Shown: in pieces, positions 7,436-14,175 of the stretch
Layout of the letters: each line of letters starts with the position of its first letter
Numbering within the stretch: the stretch's first letter is position 1
IMG/VR virus record: IMGVR_UViG_3300043391_000934
Coordinates: 1-27,090 of that record
Strand: one strand, 5' to 3'
DNA: 27,090 nt
DNA from: a virus
Lineage: Duplodnaviria; Caudoviricetes
The notes under the pieces: generated by a model
Told to the model about the DNA's origin: nothing
The model's input: the letters and a program-made list of their open reading frames with translations, nothing else
Databases searched by the model: none
Translations under genes and position numbers: made by a program

Positions 7436-8437
7436 TCATTGAGATATTGCCTTAAACGCCTTGTTTTTCTCTCCATACGCTGATCTTACCTTTGCCAAGT
7501 CATCCGGGTTCATTTCTGACTTAAGCTCCGGGGTGATTTGCTTCCCAATCTCCTCAAGATCCACCAATGATTGTGCAAGCGCTATTTTGGCAACCAATTC
7601 TTCTTCTTTTGATTTACTGAATTGATTCCGAAAAAATTCTTCCCGCTCGATCGTTTCTTTGTCTTGAAGGGCTATCACGTCTGGAGACTCCATTGCGGCT
7701 TGCTTGTCACCGAGAAGCCCGACCAGTGGGGCACACATTGTTTGGAATGTTGGATTTTCGAAAGAGCGGCCGGCAAGTATCCCTGTTCGATCCTTTTCAG
7801 CAAATGCGGTGATTATTGCAGGCTCACCCTTTTTACTTGATCGAACAGATTCCATTCGTATTAAAATGTGAGGCTCATATGCGGTCTCGCCTTCAGCCTT
7901 CATCTTGACACCAATGGCCTTTAATTCTCCAGAATCATCACCGGCGCCATACTCTATACCTTGCCGACCACAAATGATCACATGGATTGGCGAGGACAAT
8001 AGAAAGTTCATTAAGTCCTTATAAGGCTTTTTAATCTTCCCCCATGCATGGAATGGGATCTGCCCCCCACTACCAGTTTTTCCAGAATATGCGGCAATAC
8101 AGGCTTCCCATAGGTGAGTAATCGAATCCAGAACAATAACTCCGTATTCTTCCGGGCGAATCTCTTTTAAGCCAGCCAGAACCTCGGTGATGCTTCGAGT
8201 ATAAATTGCATCAAAATCAAATGCTTGCGGGTGAACTCTTCGTTCTTTGACTTCCTGACAATAAAAGTCGGTTCCTCGTTCCGTGTCGACATAAGCAATC
8301 CTCTTTTTAGTTCCTGAAACTAACCCTTCGGCCAAAAGCAACGATGTCAGTGTCTTTCCAGATCCAGGTGGACCATAAATACCCATTTTTAATGCGGCTT
8401 GTTCTGCGGATGCTTTTTTAAATCTAAATCCTGCCAT
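7436..8437 (-). CDS. AAA_24 / Sak4-like P-loop ATPase (phage recombination protein)
   Basis: Walker A GPPGSGKT, YVDTERG, VIVLDSITHLW, HVIICGR, YEPHI and AEKDRT; start MAGFRF with GGAGA RBS. Confidence 0.85.
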   Translation of the reverse strand: MAGFRFKKASAEQAALKMGIYGPPGSGKTLTSLLLAEGLVSGTKKRIAYVDTERGTDFYCQEVKERRVHPQAFDFDAIYTRSITEVLAGLKEIRPEEYGVIVLDSITHLWEACIAAYSGKTGSGGQIPFHAWGKIKKPYKDLMNFLLSSPIHVIICGRQGIEYGAGDDSGELKAIGVKMKAEGETAYEPHILIRMESVRSSKKGEPAIITAFAEKDRTGILAGRSFENPTFQTMCAPLVGLLGDKQAAMESPDVIALQDKETIEREEFFRNQFSKSKEEELVAKIALAQSLVDLEEIGKQITPELKSEMNPDDLAKVRSAYGEKNKAFKAISQ

Positions 8438-8438
8438 T

Positions 8439-8525
8439 TTATTCTCTCCCAATCCATTCTAAATAATGCTCTTCACACAAAACGTTTTCTTCTGGGCAAC
8501 AACAACACTTGGGCTTAATATTCAT
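8439..8525 (-). CDS. Cys-rich micropeptide (28 aa)
   Basis: MNIKPKCCCCPEENVLCEEHYLEWIGRE; GAGGAG RBS; fills the operon gap exactly. Confidence 0.45.
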   Translation of the reverse strand: MNIKPKCCCCPEENVLCEEHYLEWIGRE

Positions 8526-8622
8526 TGAAAAACATCTCCTCAAGGTATAGTTTTCTTTGCGATTCGGTTAGTTCAAAGAATTCCTCATCTGTAAGCACAA
8601 CCACGTCAATCTCATCGTCCAT
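8515..8622 (-). CDS. Highly acidic micropeptide (35 aa)
   Basis: MDDEIDVVVLTDEEFFELTESQRKLYLEEMFFNEY; overlaps both neighbours. Confidence 0.5.
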   Translation of the reverse strand: MDDEIDVVVLTDEEFFELTESQRKLYLEEMFFNEY

Positions 8623-8941
8623 GGCAATACTTCTTAATAGCCGCCAAACACGATTGAACATCTTCCGTTAATCGTCTGATGAAAGCCTCGTTGCTATCGT
8701 CAAAATACTGAGGGGAATAGTAAAAGTGGTGTGAAAACAATTGGACAATCCCTAAGTCTTCCATTACGTTCGCAGTGTAGGTCGCCTTTGAAATGTAAAA
8801 AGAAACGTAAGTGATATTTGGGTGCATAGTGAACCCCGTTGAAATTTTACTGGATTTTGGAACCGAAATAACCGCATCAATTAGTTTTGATAAAATCTTG
8901 TGTGATTCTTGATTATCACTTGCCGTTGTATTAGTATCCAT
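8612..8941 (-). CDS. Hypothetical protein
   Basis: Likely start MDTNT at 8941 with AGGAAG RBS; the ORF extends to 9007. Confidence 0.6.
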   Translation of the reverse strand: MDTNTTASDNQESHKILSKLIDAVISVPKSSKISTGFTMHPNITYVSFYISKATYTANVMEDLGIVQLFSHHFYYSPQYFDDSNEAFIRRLTEDVQSCLAAIKKYCHGR

Positions 8942-8970
8942 GGTGTAAAACTTCCTATCTGTTCTATTTG

Positions 8971-9002
8971 AGCCATCGGTTATCGCCCGGTGGCTTTTTT
9001 TA
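8971..9002 (+). terminator. Intrinsic terminator-like hairpin oriented antisense to the early operon
   Basis: AGCCATCGG-TTATCGC-CCGGTGGCT followed by a T run on the + strand. Confidence 0.55.
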
Positions 9003-9007
9003 TTCAA

Positions 9008-9223
9008 TTAATCTTTAAAGAAATAATCAACATTAACTTCTAGCGCCTCTGACAGTATTTTCAATTCGCTAATACCTGGAGACGATCTCCCAAGTTCCCA
9101 TTTAACAAACGTCGCAAACGATTGCTTCAATCCCAATCCTTTCAATTTGAAAAAGAAGTCCATTTGCGTTTTACCCATTTCCTTTCTCTTACAACTTATT
9201 TTTCTACCTGTGCTTGTGGTCAT
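9008..9223 (-). CDS. XRE/Cro-like helix-turn-helix regulator
   Basis: GRKI...RKEMGKTQ...KWELGRSSP.I.EL..L.EALEV.VDYF; first gene of the early operon. Confidence 0.88.
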   Translation of the reverse strand: MTTSTGRKISCKRKEMGKTQMDFFFKLKGLGLKQSFATFVKWELGRSSPGISELKILSEALEVNVDYFFKD

Positions 9224-9229
9224 TCCTTT

Positions 9230-9258
9230 ATATTAACATTTACATATATAGTAGTCAA
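9230..9258 (-). promoter_or_regulatory. Sigma70-type promoter for the cro-like gene and early operon
   Basis: TTGACT (9258-9253), 17 bp, TAATAT (9235-9230) with extended -10 TG; only 6 nt before the ATG. Confidence 0.75.
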
Positions 9259-9306
9259 TAGGTAAATCTACAAGTGTATAAAAACAACATTAGTATAACG
9301 GGGTAT

Positions 9307-9335
9307 CCGTTCCCCTCGTAGGCGGGGATGAACCG
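9307..9335 (+). CRISPR. Solitary type I-E CRISPR-repeat-like unit (not an array)
   Basis: CCGTTCCCCTCGTAGGCGGGGATGAACCG, 29 nt, matches the I-E pattern GTTCCCCGC-N4-GCGGGGATRAACCG with one stem mismatch (T9316) and an intact 8-nt handle ATGAACCG; no second repeat seen. Confidence 0.75.
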
Positions 9336-9458
9336 ACATTATTCGTGCTCAAAAAGTTGCTGAGTTATTGGCCGAAAATGCTGAGTTGAAATTGCAAGCT
9401 GCGGTTGCCGGTAAACTGAAGTAGGGTTATAAGTAAACACGTATGATAAATTTTACTG

Positions 9459-9599
9459 GGCCGGACTGTCTGGGGTACCGGATGGATGCGCACCGGCCAA
9501 TATCAACAACGGATATCGGAGCCCGGTATCGGCGCGATCGGACCGCGCTAATTAGTCCTACCCATTTGCCAGCCTTCGGGTGGGTAATCAGGCGAAGCC
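9459..9599 (+). ncRNA. Candidate structured non-coding RNA or DNA element
   Basis: GC-rich non-coding stretch with five consecutive inverted repeats, including a cUUCGg loop and GGCGAAGCC. Confidence 0.35.
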
Positions 9600-9604
9600 A
9601 TATA

Positions 9605-10036
9605 TTATCCCAGTAGAAACGATTTCAGTTTGTAGTGTTCCCGATGCTGGATCACCCTCTTTTCCCTACAGGGATCACTACACAACACCGTCCAGTTATT
9701 CCCCATAAACGGTGATCCACATATTATACAGTTGACTAGAAATGGCTTCACCTTCTTCTTCTCGCACTTGATTTTGTTTAATCTCCGTTCCCCTTCTTTA
9801 CTACAAATGATTGAGCAATACTTGTACGGAGTCACCTTGCCAGGGACTCTAGGGATGCGTTCTTTACAGATTACACACCGTTTAATTTTATACTCACGAA
9901 TTTTAATTTCAGGACCGCGACGGATTCTTCTTTCACGTGCTAGTTGATACTCCCCTTCTATTCGGCACCAGGTGGAACAGTATTTTTTCAGTCGTTTTAC
10001 CCGGATTGTCTTCTCGCATATTTTACATCGCTTCAT
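9605..10036 (-). CDS. Cys-rich Zn-binding repeat protein (three CxxC...CSxxC units)
   Basis: CKIC..KYCSTWC, CVIC..KYCSIIC and CIIC..LCSDPC; very basic; GGAGG RBS. Confidence 0.75.
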   Translation of the reverse strand: MKRCKICEKTIRVKRLKKYCSTWCRIEGEYQLARERRIRRGPEIKIREYKIKRCVICKERIPRVPGKVTPYKYCSIICSKEGERRLNKIKCEKKKVKPFLVNCIICGSPFMGNNWTVLCSDPCREKRVIQHREHYKLKSFLLG

Positions 10037-10037
10037 C

Positions 10038-10166
10038 TTATTTCCTCCGAATTAAAGCCATTACCGCCACGCCGAGTGAGAACCCGATCACAACGTGCGC
10101 CGATAGCTGGAATAGGAACCACACGAGATTGTGTAGTGTGGGGTATAGTTCTGGTGCTAGTGTCAC
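10038..10166 (-). CDS. Small membrane protein (42 aa), absent from the ORF track
   Basis: GTG start by GTGA overlap with GAGGAG RBS; MTLAPELYPTLHNLVWFLFQLSAHVVIGFSLGVAVMALIRRK. Confidence 0.6.
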   Translation of the reverse strand: MTLAPELYPTLHNLVWFLFQLSAHVVIGFSLGVAVMALIRRK

Positions 10167-10360
10167 GATTCTCTCCTCAGTGCCTCAATACAGGAAGCGT
10201 TACTTTCACAGTCTGCAATAAGCCTTTTTATTGCGATCAATATAGCCTCGCCGTCGTTATCCCTAATCGCGCAGTCTAAACAATATCCTCTAGAGTTTTT
10301 ATGCAGGATATTGTCGGGTTCGTCCTCTATAAAATTTGAGCAGATCTTGCAATATTCCAC
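10163..10360 (-). CDS. Small zinc-finger protein
   Basis: CKIC...YCLDC; GAGGT RBS. Confidence 0.7.
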   Translation of the reverse strand: MEYCKICSNFIEDEPDNILHKNSRGYCLDCAIRDNDGEAILIAIKRLIADCESNASCIEALRRES

Positions 10361-10361
10361 C

Positions 10362-10739
10362 TTAAATTACCTCATCAATTAATTTTGTAATCTGAATCAA
10401 TTTGTTTTTATCTGATATTTTGCGAGTATCTCCGAACCCGTCAATTACGTGTTTAATATCAATTAATCCCGTTGAATAGGTATCAATGACAAATTCCAAT
10501 TCACGCACCTGCGATGATTCAGTATTTCCCAACTGATCAATTCGAGCCTCAAGGGATTGAGTGAATGATTCGACCACTTCCCACAATTGTGGATCAATTG
10601 ACTCGACTAAGTCCTGAATCTGGTCGCTTAGTTCGTACTTGTATTGCGCTACGAATACACGCTTGCCTTCAACGAATCCTGCGACGCGGCACCCTCGGTG
10701 GTTGGTTGGCGGGTATATCCTGGTTTCGATTGCGCGCAT
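10362..10739 (-). CDS. Hypothetical phage early protein (IETRIYPPTNHRG N-terminus)
   Basis: Strong RBS GAGGAG; the PTN.RG.R motif recurs in phage early proteins; coiled-coil C-terminal half. Confidence 0.7.
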   Translation of the reverse strand: MRAIETRIYPPTNHRGCRVAGFVEGKRVFVAQYKYELSDQIQDLVESIDPQLWEVVESFTQSLEARIDQLGNTESSQVRELEFVIDTYSTGLIDIKHVIDGFGDTRKISDKNKLIQITKLIDEVI

Positions 10740-10782
10740 TTTAATTGTCTCCTCTTATTAGAATCCTAGGTACTCAACGAAA

Positions 10783-11184
10783 TCAGTGGTGTTGTAGTAA
10801 TTTTAAAGTCGCTCGAATGAGATTGGTACGGATTAAAGACAGTGGCCGACACATATCGGAACAGTATCGCGTGCCTCTCAGATTGTTATTTAAAACCTTA
10901 ATTTCTTTTTTGCATTTTTTGCAGAAAATAGGATTCGATTTATTAGGGTATTGTTTATTTGCGTTATATTTGAGCCTACAAAGATCACTACAATATTTGA
11001 CTCTACTAGGCGCGTCTTTTTTTATACTTAAATTGCAATTTAGGCAAACCCTATCGAAACGATTGACAATTTCCAAATTCCGTTTCTCCGATCGCTTTTG
11101 TTTTGTGACCGACTGATAATATTGACTATTATACGCACGTCGTTTTTCAGATGGGTCAATTTCTGATACCTCATTAGAGCCCAT
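10783..11184 (-). CDS. Cys-rich Zn-binding repeat protein (two CxxC...YCSDxCR units)
   Basis: CLNC..KYCSDLCR and CKKC..RYCSDMCR; same architecture as 9605-10036. Confidence 0.7.
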   Translation of the reverse strand: MGSNEVSEIDPSEKRRAYNSQYYQSVTKQKRSEKRNLEIVNRFDRVCLNCNLSIKKDAPSRVKYCSDLCRLKYNANKQYPNKSNPIFCKKCKKEIKVLNNNLRGTRYCSDMCRPLSLIRTNLIRATLKLLQHH

Positions 11185-11371
11185 GGATCATAAAGAGCCC
11201 ATGGATAATAACCTCGTTGTGAAAGAGGTCTGCAGCGGCTTTTAATTCTTGATCATCCGCTAAGTCAAAGTCATATTCTTTTGCCCACGCTGGGAAAGTC
11301 TCGTTGTATACGTTTAATTGGTCTTGTGTATAGCCTTCAGTGTTATCCATAGTAAAAAATTTGTTGTTCAT
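11174..11371 (-). CDS. Small acidic protein, first gene of the leftward immediate-early operon
   Basis: GAGGAG RBS; MNNKFFTMDNTEGYTQDQLN...; directly downstream of a strong promoter. Confidence 0.8.
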   Translation of the reverse strand: MNNKFFTMDNTEGYTQDQLNVYNETFPAWAKEYDFDLADDQELKAAADLFHNEVIIHGLFMIHGL

Positions 11372-11403
11372 TTTAATTAACTCCTCGTTGATTTGATGGA
11401 CTC

Positions 11404-11432
11404 ATTATAGACTACCACGTAGTCAGTTACAA
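11404..11432 (-). promoter_or_regulatory. Leftward sigma70 promoter
   Basis: TTGTAA (11432-11427), 17 bp, TATAAT (11409-11404). Confidence 0.75.
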
Positions 11433-11492
11433 ATTGAAATACTGTGATGCATTGACTACTTAGTAATCATTATATTGACCACTACGGAATCA
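11409..11492. promoter_or_regulatory. Three 17-bp palindromic operators, consensus TGACTAC-N3-GTAGTCA
   Basis: AGACTAC-CAC-GTAGTCA at 11409-11425; TGACTAC-TTA-GTAATCA at 11453-11469; TGACCAC-TAC-GGAATCA at 11476-11492. Confidence 0.75.
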
Positions 11493-11503
11493 ATCGGTAT
11501 AAT
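11475..11503 (+). promoter_or_regulatory. Rightward sigma70 promoter for the HTH gene
   Basis: TTGACC (11475-11480), 17 bp, TATAAT (11498-11503); ATG 6 nt later with no SD sequence. Confidence 0.8.
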
Positions 11504-11509
11504 AATATA

Positions 11510-11698
11510 ATGAAGGCAAAGATAACGGACGGGGTTATAAAAATCATTAAATATGAGCTTGAATCGGGGAAAACACTCGATCAGATTGCGCCAATTGTTG
11601 GGTATTCTGATAAGCAGTGCCTATCACGTGCATTAAAAGCGGCCGGCTGCCTAATAGTTAAAACGCTATATCGGATTAATCGTGATCCCCAAAATTAA
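11510..11698 (+). CDS. Small helix-turn-helix DNA-binding protein
   Basis: GKTLDQIAPIVGYSDKQCLSRALK HTH pattern; adjacent to the operator triplet. Confidence 0.75.
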   Translation: MKAKITDGVIKIIKYELESGKTLDQIAPIVGYSDKQCLSRALKAAGCLIVKTLYRINRDPQN

Positions 11699-12069
11699 AT
11701 ACCGCGTCAAATTCCGTGAGAGATACGTGACCTATCAGGAGATATACCCGTGTGGAACTCTAGGGACTATGTACGGATTCCCGAAAAACAGGCAGTAGCT
11801 GAGTTTTATATATTATATTCACGCGTGTGCGCGCATTACACGCGAACTATAGTATCAAAAGAAAGTGTTTTATTGGGATTGAGTCTCAAAATACTCTTAA
11901 ACCAGTTCTAAAAATAGCAGCGGCGGCACTATCATGATCGATTAACTGTGGCGTTAATAGACGATAGCTTGTGATACGTGATTTTCATGGGGTATTGCGA
12001 TACTTGGGAGATTTGGTATACCCTATGCCCAATTAAGTTTTGTATCAAATCACCCTGCGCGAGGTTAAA

Positions 12070-12639
12070 GTGACCGAAAAAAAACGTGGACCAGGCTTTG
12101 GGCCACAGAAAAAAAAACTAAACACGACAGTCTTAAAGACCCCAGAAGGCGTCAAGGCCCTTTGTGAGGCAATTGAGGTTGGCGAATACTCTGTCCTTGA
12201 GATATCTAAGCGCCAAGGGTTTTCTATGGGCGGTTACTACGATTTACTTAGAAATGACAGTGAGTTTGAATCGCTTATTCAGGACGCCTATATCCGTCGA
12301 CGAAACAATAACGTTGAGAAGGCCGAGACTGAGGGGTTAAAGCGCATCAAGGGTTATCAGGTAGAGGATGTTCAAACTGAGGAGGGCGTGACCTCCAAAG
12401 GGACCATTAGCCTGACACGAACAACTCGACGACATGTCATGGCTTCCGATGCGTTTTTAATGTTTTTGATTAAAAATGGCGGAGACGGTCGGTACACAGA
12501 AAAACAGGTGGTTGAGCAAGTCGATTCGATCAAATCTAAGGCGGATTACGACGCAGTATTGAAAGAGATTTCCGATTTACAGAAAAAACTAGGCCTTGAT
12601 GGTGAGCCGGAAATAACAAAACCCAAAAAGCCTGAGTGA
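12070..12639 (+). CDS. terS: Terminase small subunit
   Basis: GTG start with GAGG RBS; N-terminal HTH-like region, EKAE..GLKRIKGY.VE, FLMFLIKN..GRY; overlaps terL. Confidence 0.78.
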   Translation: MTEKKRGPGFGPQKKKLNTTVLKTPEGVKALCEAIEVGEYSVLEISKRQGFSMGGYYDLLRNDSEFESLIQDAYIRRRNNNVEKAETEGLKRIKGYQVEDVQTEEGVTSKGTISLTRTTRRHVMASDAFLMFLIKNGGDGRYTEKQVVEQVDSIKSKADYDAVLKEISDLQKKLGLDGEPEITKPKKPE

Positions 12640-14135
12640 AAAAGATATTCGATCTTAGACGCAATGGGGCTGGGCTTACCGATCTTATAACGCTCCGAAA
12701 TAAGCTCCAGGATCTGCACAACTACCGGGTTCAAAATCGATTGGACTTCATGGAGTGGTCGAGGTATCACCGGCAAAATGAAATGCGGACGGCGATCCTT
12801 GATAGATCAGATACCAAGCAAGGCCCAAACTGGTTTATTGTGTTTGGATCTAACCGGTCTGGTAAATCAGAGCTAGGTGGCGGGACTATATCGGAGATAT
12901 TTGGACGTGGGGATAGGCTCCGTATTTGGTGTGCCACACTGTCCGATTTGTCGGTAAAGGTACAGCAGCGGAAATTGGCGTCTATGATACGCAAATCCGA
13001 TATCAAATATGGTGAATACAACGAGATACGTGGATGGAAAAACCGGGTCATTGTCTCAAACAACGATAGTGTGATCTATATCAAAACCTACGAACAAGGG
13101 GCCGCCGCTTTTCAAGGGGATGATATCGACGTTGTATGGCTGGACGAGGAACCGCCTTGGGATGTTTTCAGTGAGATTGTAATCCGACTCGCTGACCGTA
13201 AAGGTATTTTAATTGCAACATTCACCTCGTTGCAGGGCTTCACACGTCTTGTTAACCGAGTGTGGCAGTCTAGCGATCCCAATATAAAGACCTGCGTACT
13301 CACAGCGCAGGAAAACCCATTTCTGACTGAGGAAGCCAAAAAGCAACTCTATGACTCGATCGATCCAGATGAGCGAGCCAGTCGATGGGATGGCCAGCCG
13401 CACATCAAGCAAGGGTTGATTTATAAGGGCTACAACTCAGAGGATCACAGGATCAAACGATTCGATTACGCTAAATTGATCCTAGAAAACCCTACCCGCT
13501 GGGAGTTGCACGAGGGTATAGATCCTCACGAAAGGACGCCACACCACTGGTTGCGGTTTCTATATGACCGATCAAACGATATTGTTTATATCGTCGAAGA
13601 ATTAAAGGCCCCCACTGAGTCAATGCTGATATCTGATTACGCACGATTGATCAAAATGAAACGTGACAAGCTGATACCGAGATTCACGCAAATTGACACA
13701 TCATCTATGAAGCCCGACGTTATCGTTGCGCACCCAGATGAGGATCAGGAAAACGCCCACACAATCCGAATGGAATTCCTCCGCTGTGGTATTGAGACTA
13801 TTCTGGTCACAAAAGACAACGCAATCGGTATTGAAGCCGTGAAGGGCCGGTTGAAAATCGTAAGGACAGCAGATGGGACAATCAAGAGAGGTCCAACACT
13901 CAAGGTTTTTGACGACCTTGTTGGTGTTCACTTCGAATTCACACGGTACAGCTGGGACAGTTTCTCGTCCGATCGAGTATCAGAGCGTCGAGAGCTAATT
14001 AATACACCACTTAAGAAGAACGATCACTTCATGGATATCATAAAATACGAGGCAATCAAGCTGAAAAGTGAGAAGTATCGGGATGATTCTGAATTCATTA
14101 GCGATGACGAACTGTTTGATGGGACTGGTTATTAG
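12636..14135 (+). CDS. terL: Terminase large subunit
   Basis: Walker A GSNRSGKS, FQGDDIDVVWLDEEP Walker B, TFT coupling motif, nuclease acidic residues EGIDPH and NDHFMD. Confidence 0.95.
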   Translation: MKKIFDLRRNGAGLTDLITLRNKLQDLHNYRVQNRLDFMEWSRYHRQNEMRTAILDRSDTKQGPNWFIVFGSNRSGKSELGGGTISEIFGRGDRLRIWCATLSDLSVKVQQRKLASMIRKSDIKYGEYNEIRGWKNRVIVSNNDSVIYIKTYEQGAAAFQGDDIDVVWLDEEPPWDVFSEIVIRLADRKGILIATFTSLQGFTRLVNRVWQSSDPNIKTCVLTAQENPFLTEEAKKQLYDSIDPDERASRWDGQPHIKQGLIYKGYNSEDHRIKRFDYAKLILENPTRWELHEGIDPHERTPHHWLRFLYDRSNDIVYIVEELKAPTESMLISDYARLIKMKRDKLIPRFTQIDTSSMKPDVIVAHPDEDQENAHTIRMEFLRCGIETILVTKDNAIGIEAVKGRLKIVRTADGTIKRGPTLKVFDDLVGVHFEFTRYSWDSFSSDRVSERRELINTPLKKNDHFMDIIKYEAIKLKSEKYRDDSEFISDDELFDGTGY

Positions 14136-14175
14136 TGTACTATCGTGTCCTAAACCGTCGTAAAACGAGGAAAAA

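Noticed and set aside
9336-9368. Self-targeting of the spacer-like sequence within the window
   Set aside because: I found only short matches by eye (ATTCGTGCT at 15121, and about 12 of 14 near 6906-6919), which are compatible with chance.
9307-9460. A true CRISPR array
   Set aside because: No second repeat at the expected ~61-nt period (about 9368) or elsewhere, and no cas genes; reported as a solitary unit only.
11174-11371. Assignment to a named Acr family
   Set aside because: I cannot match it to a specific known Acr sequence; only size, charge and context are suggestive.
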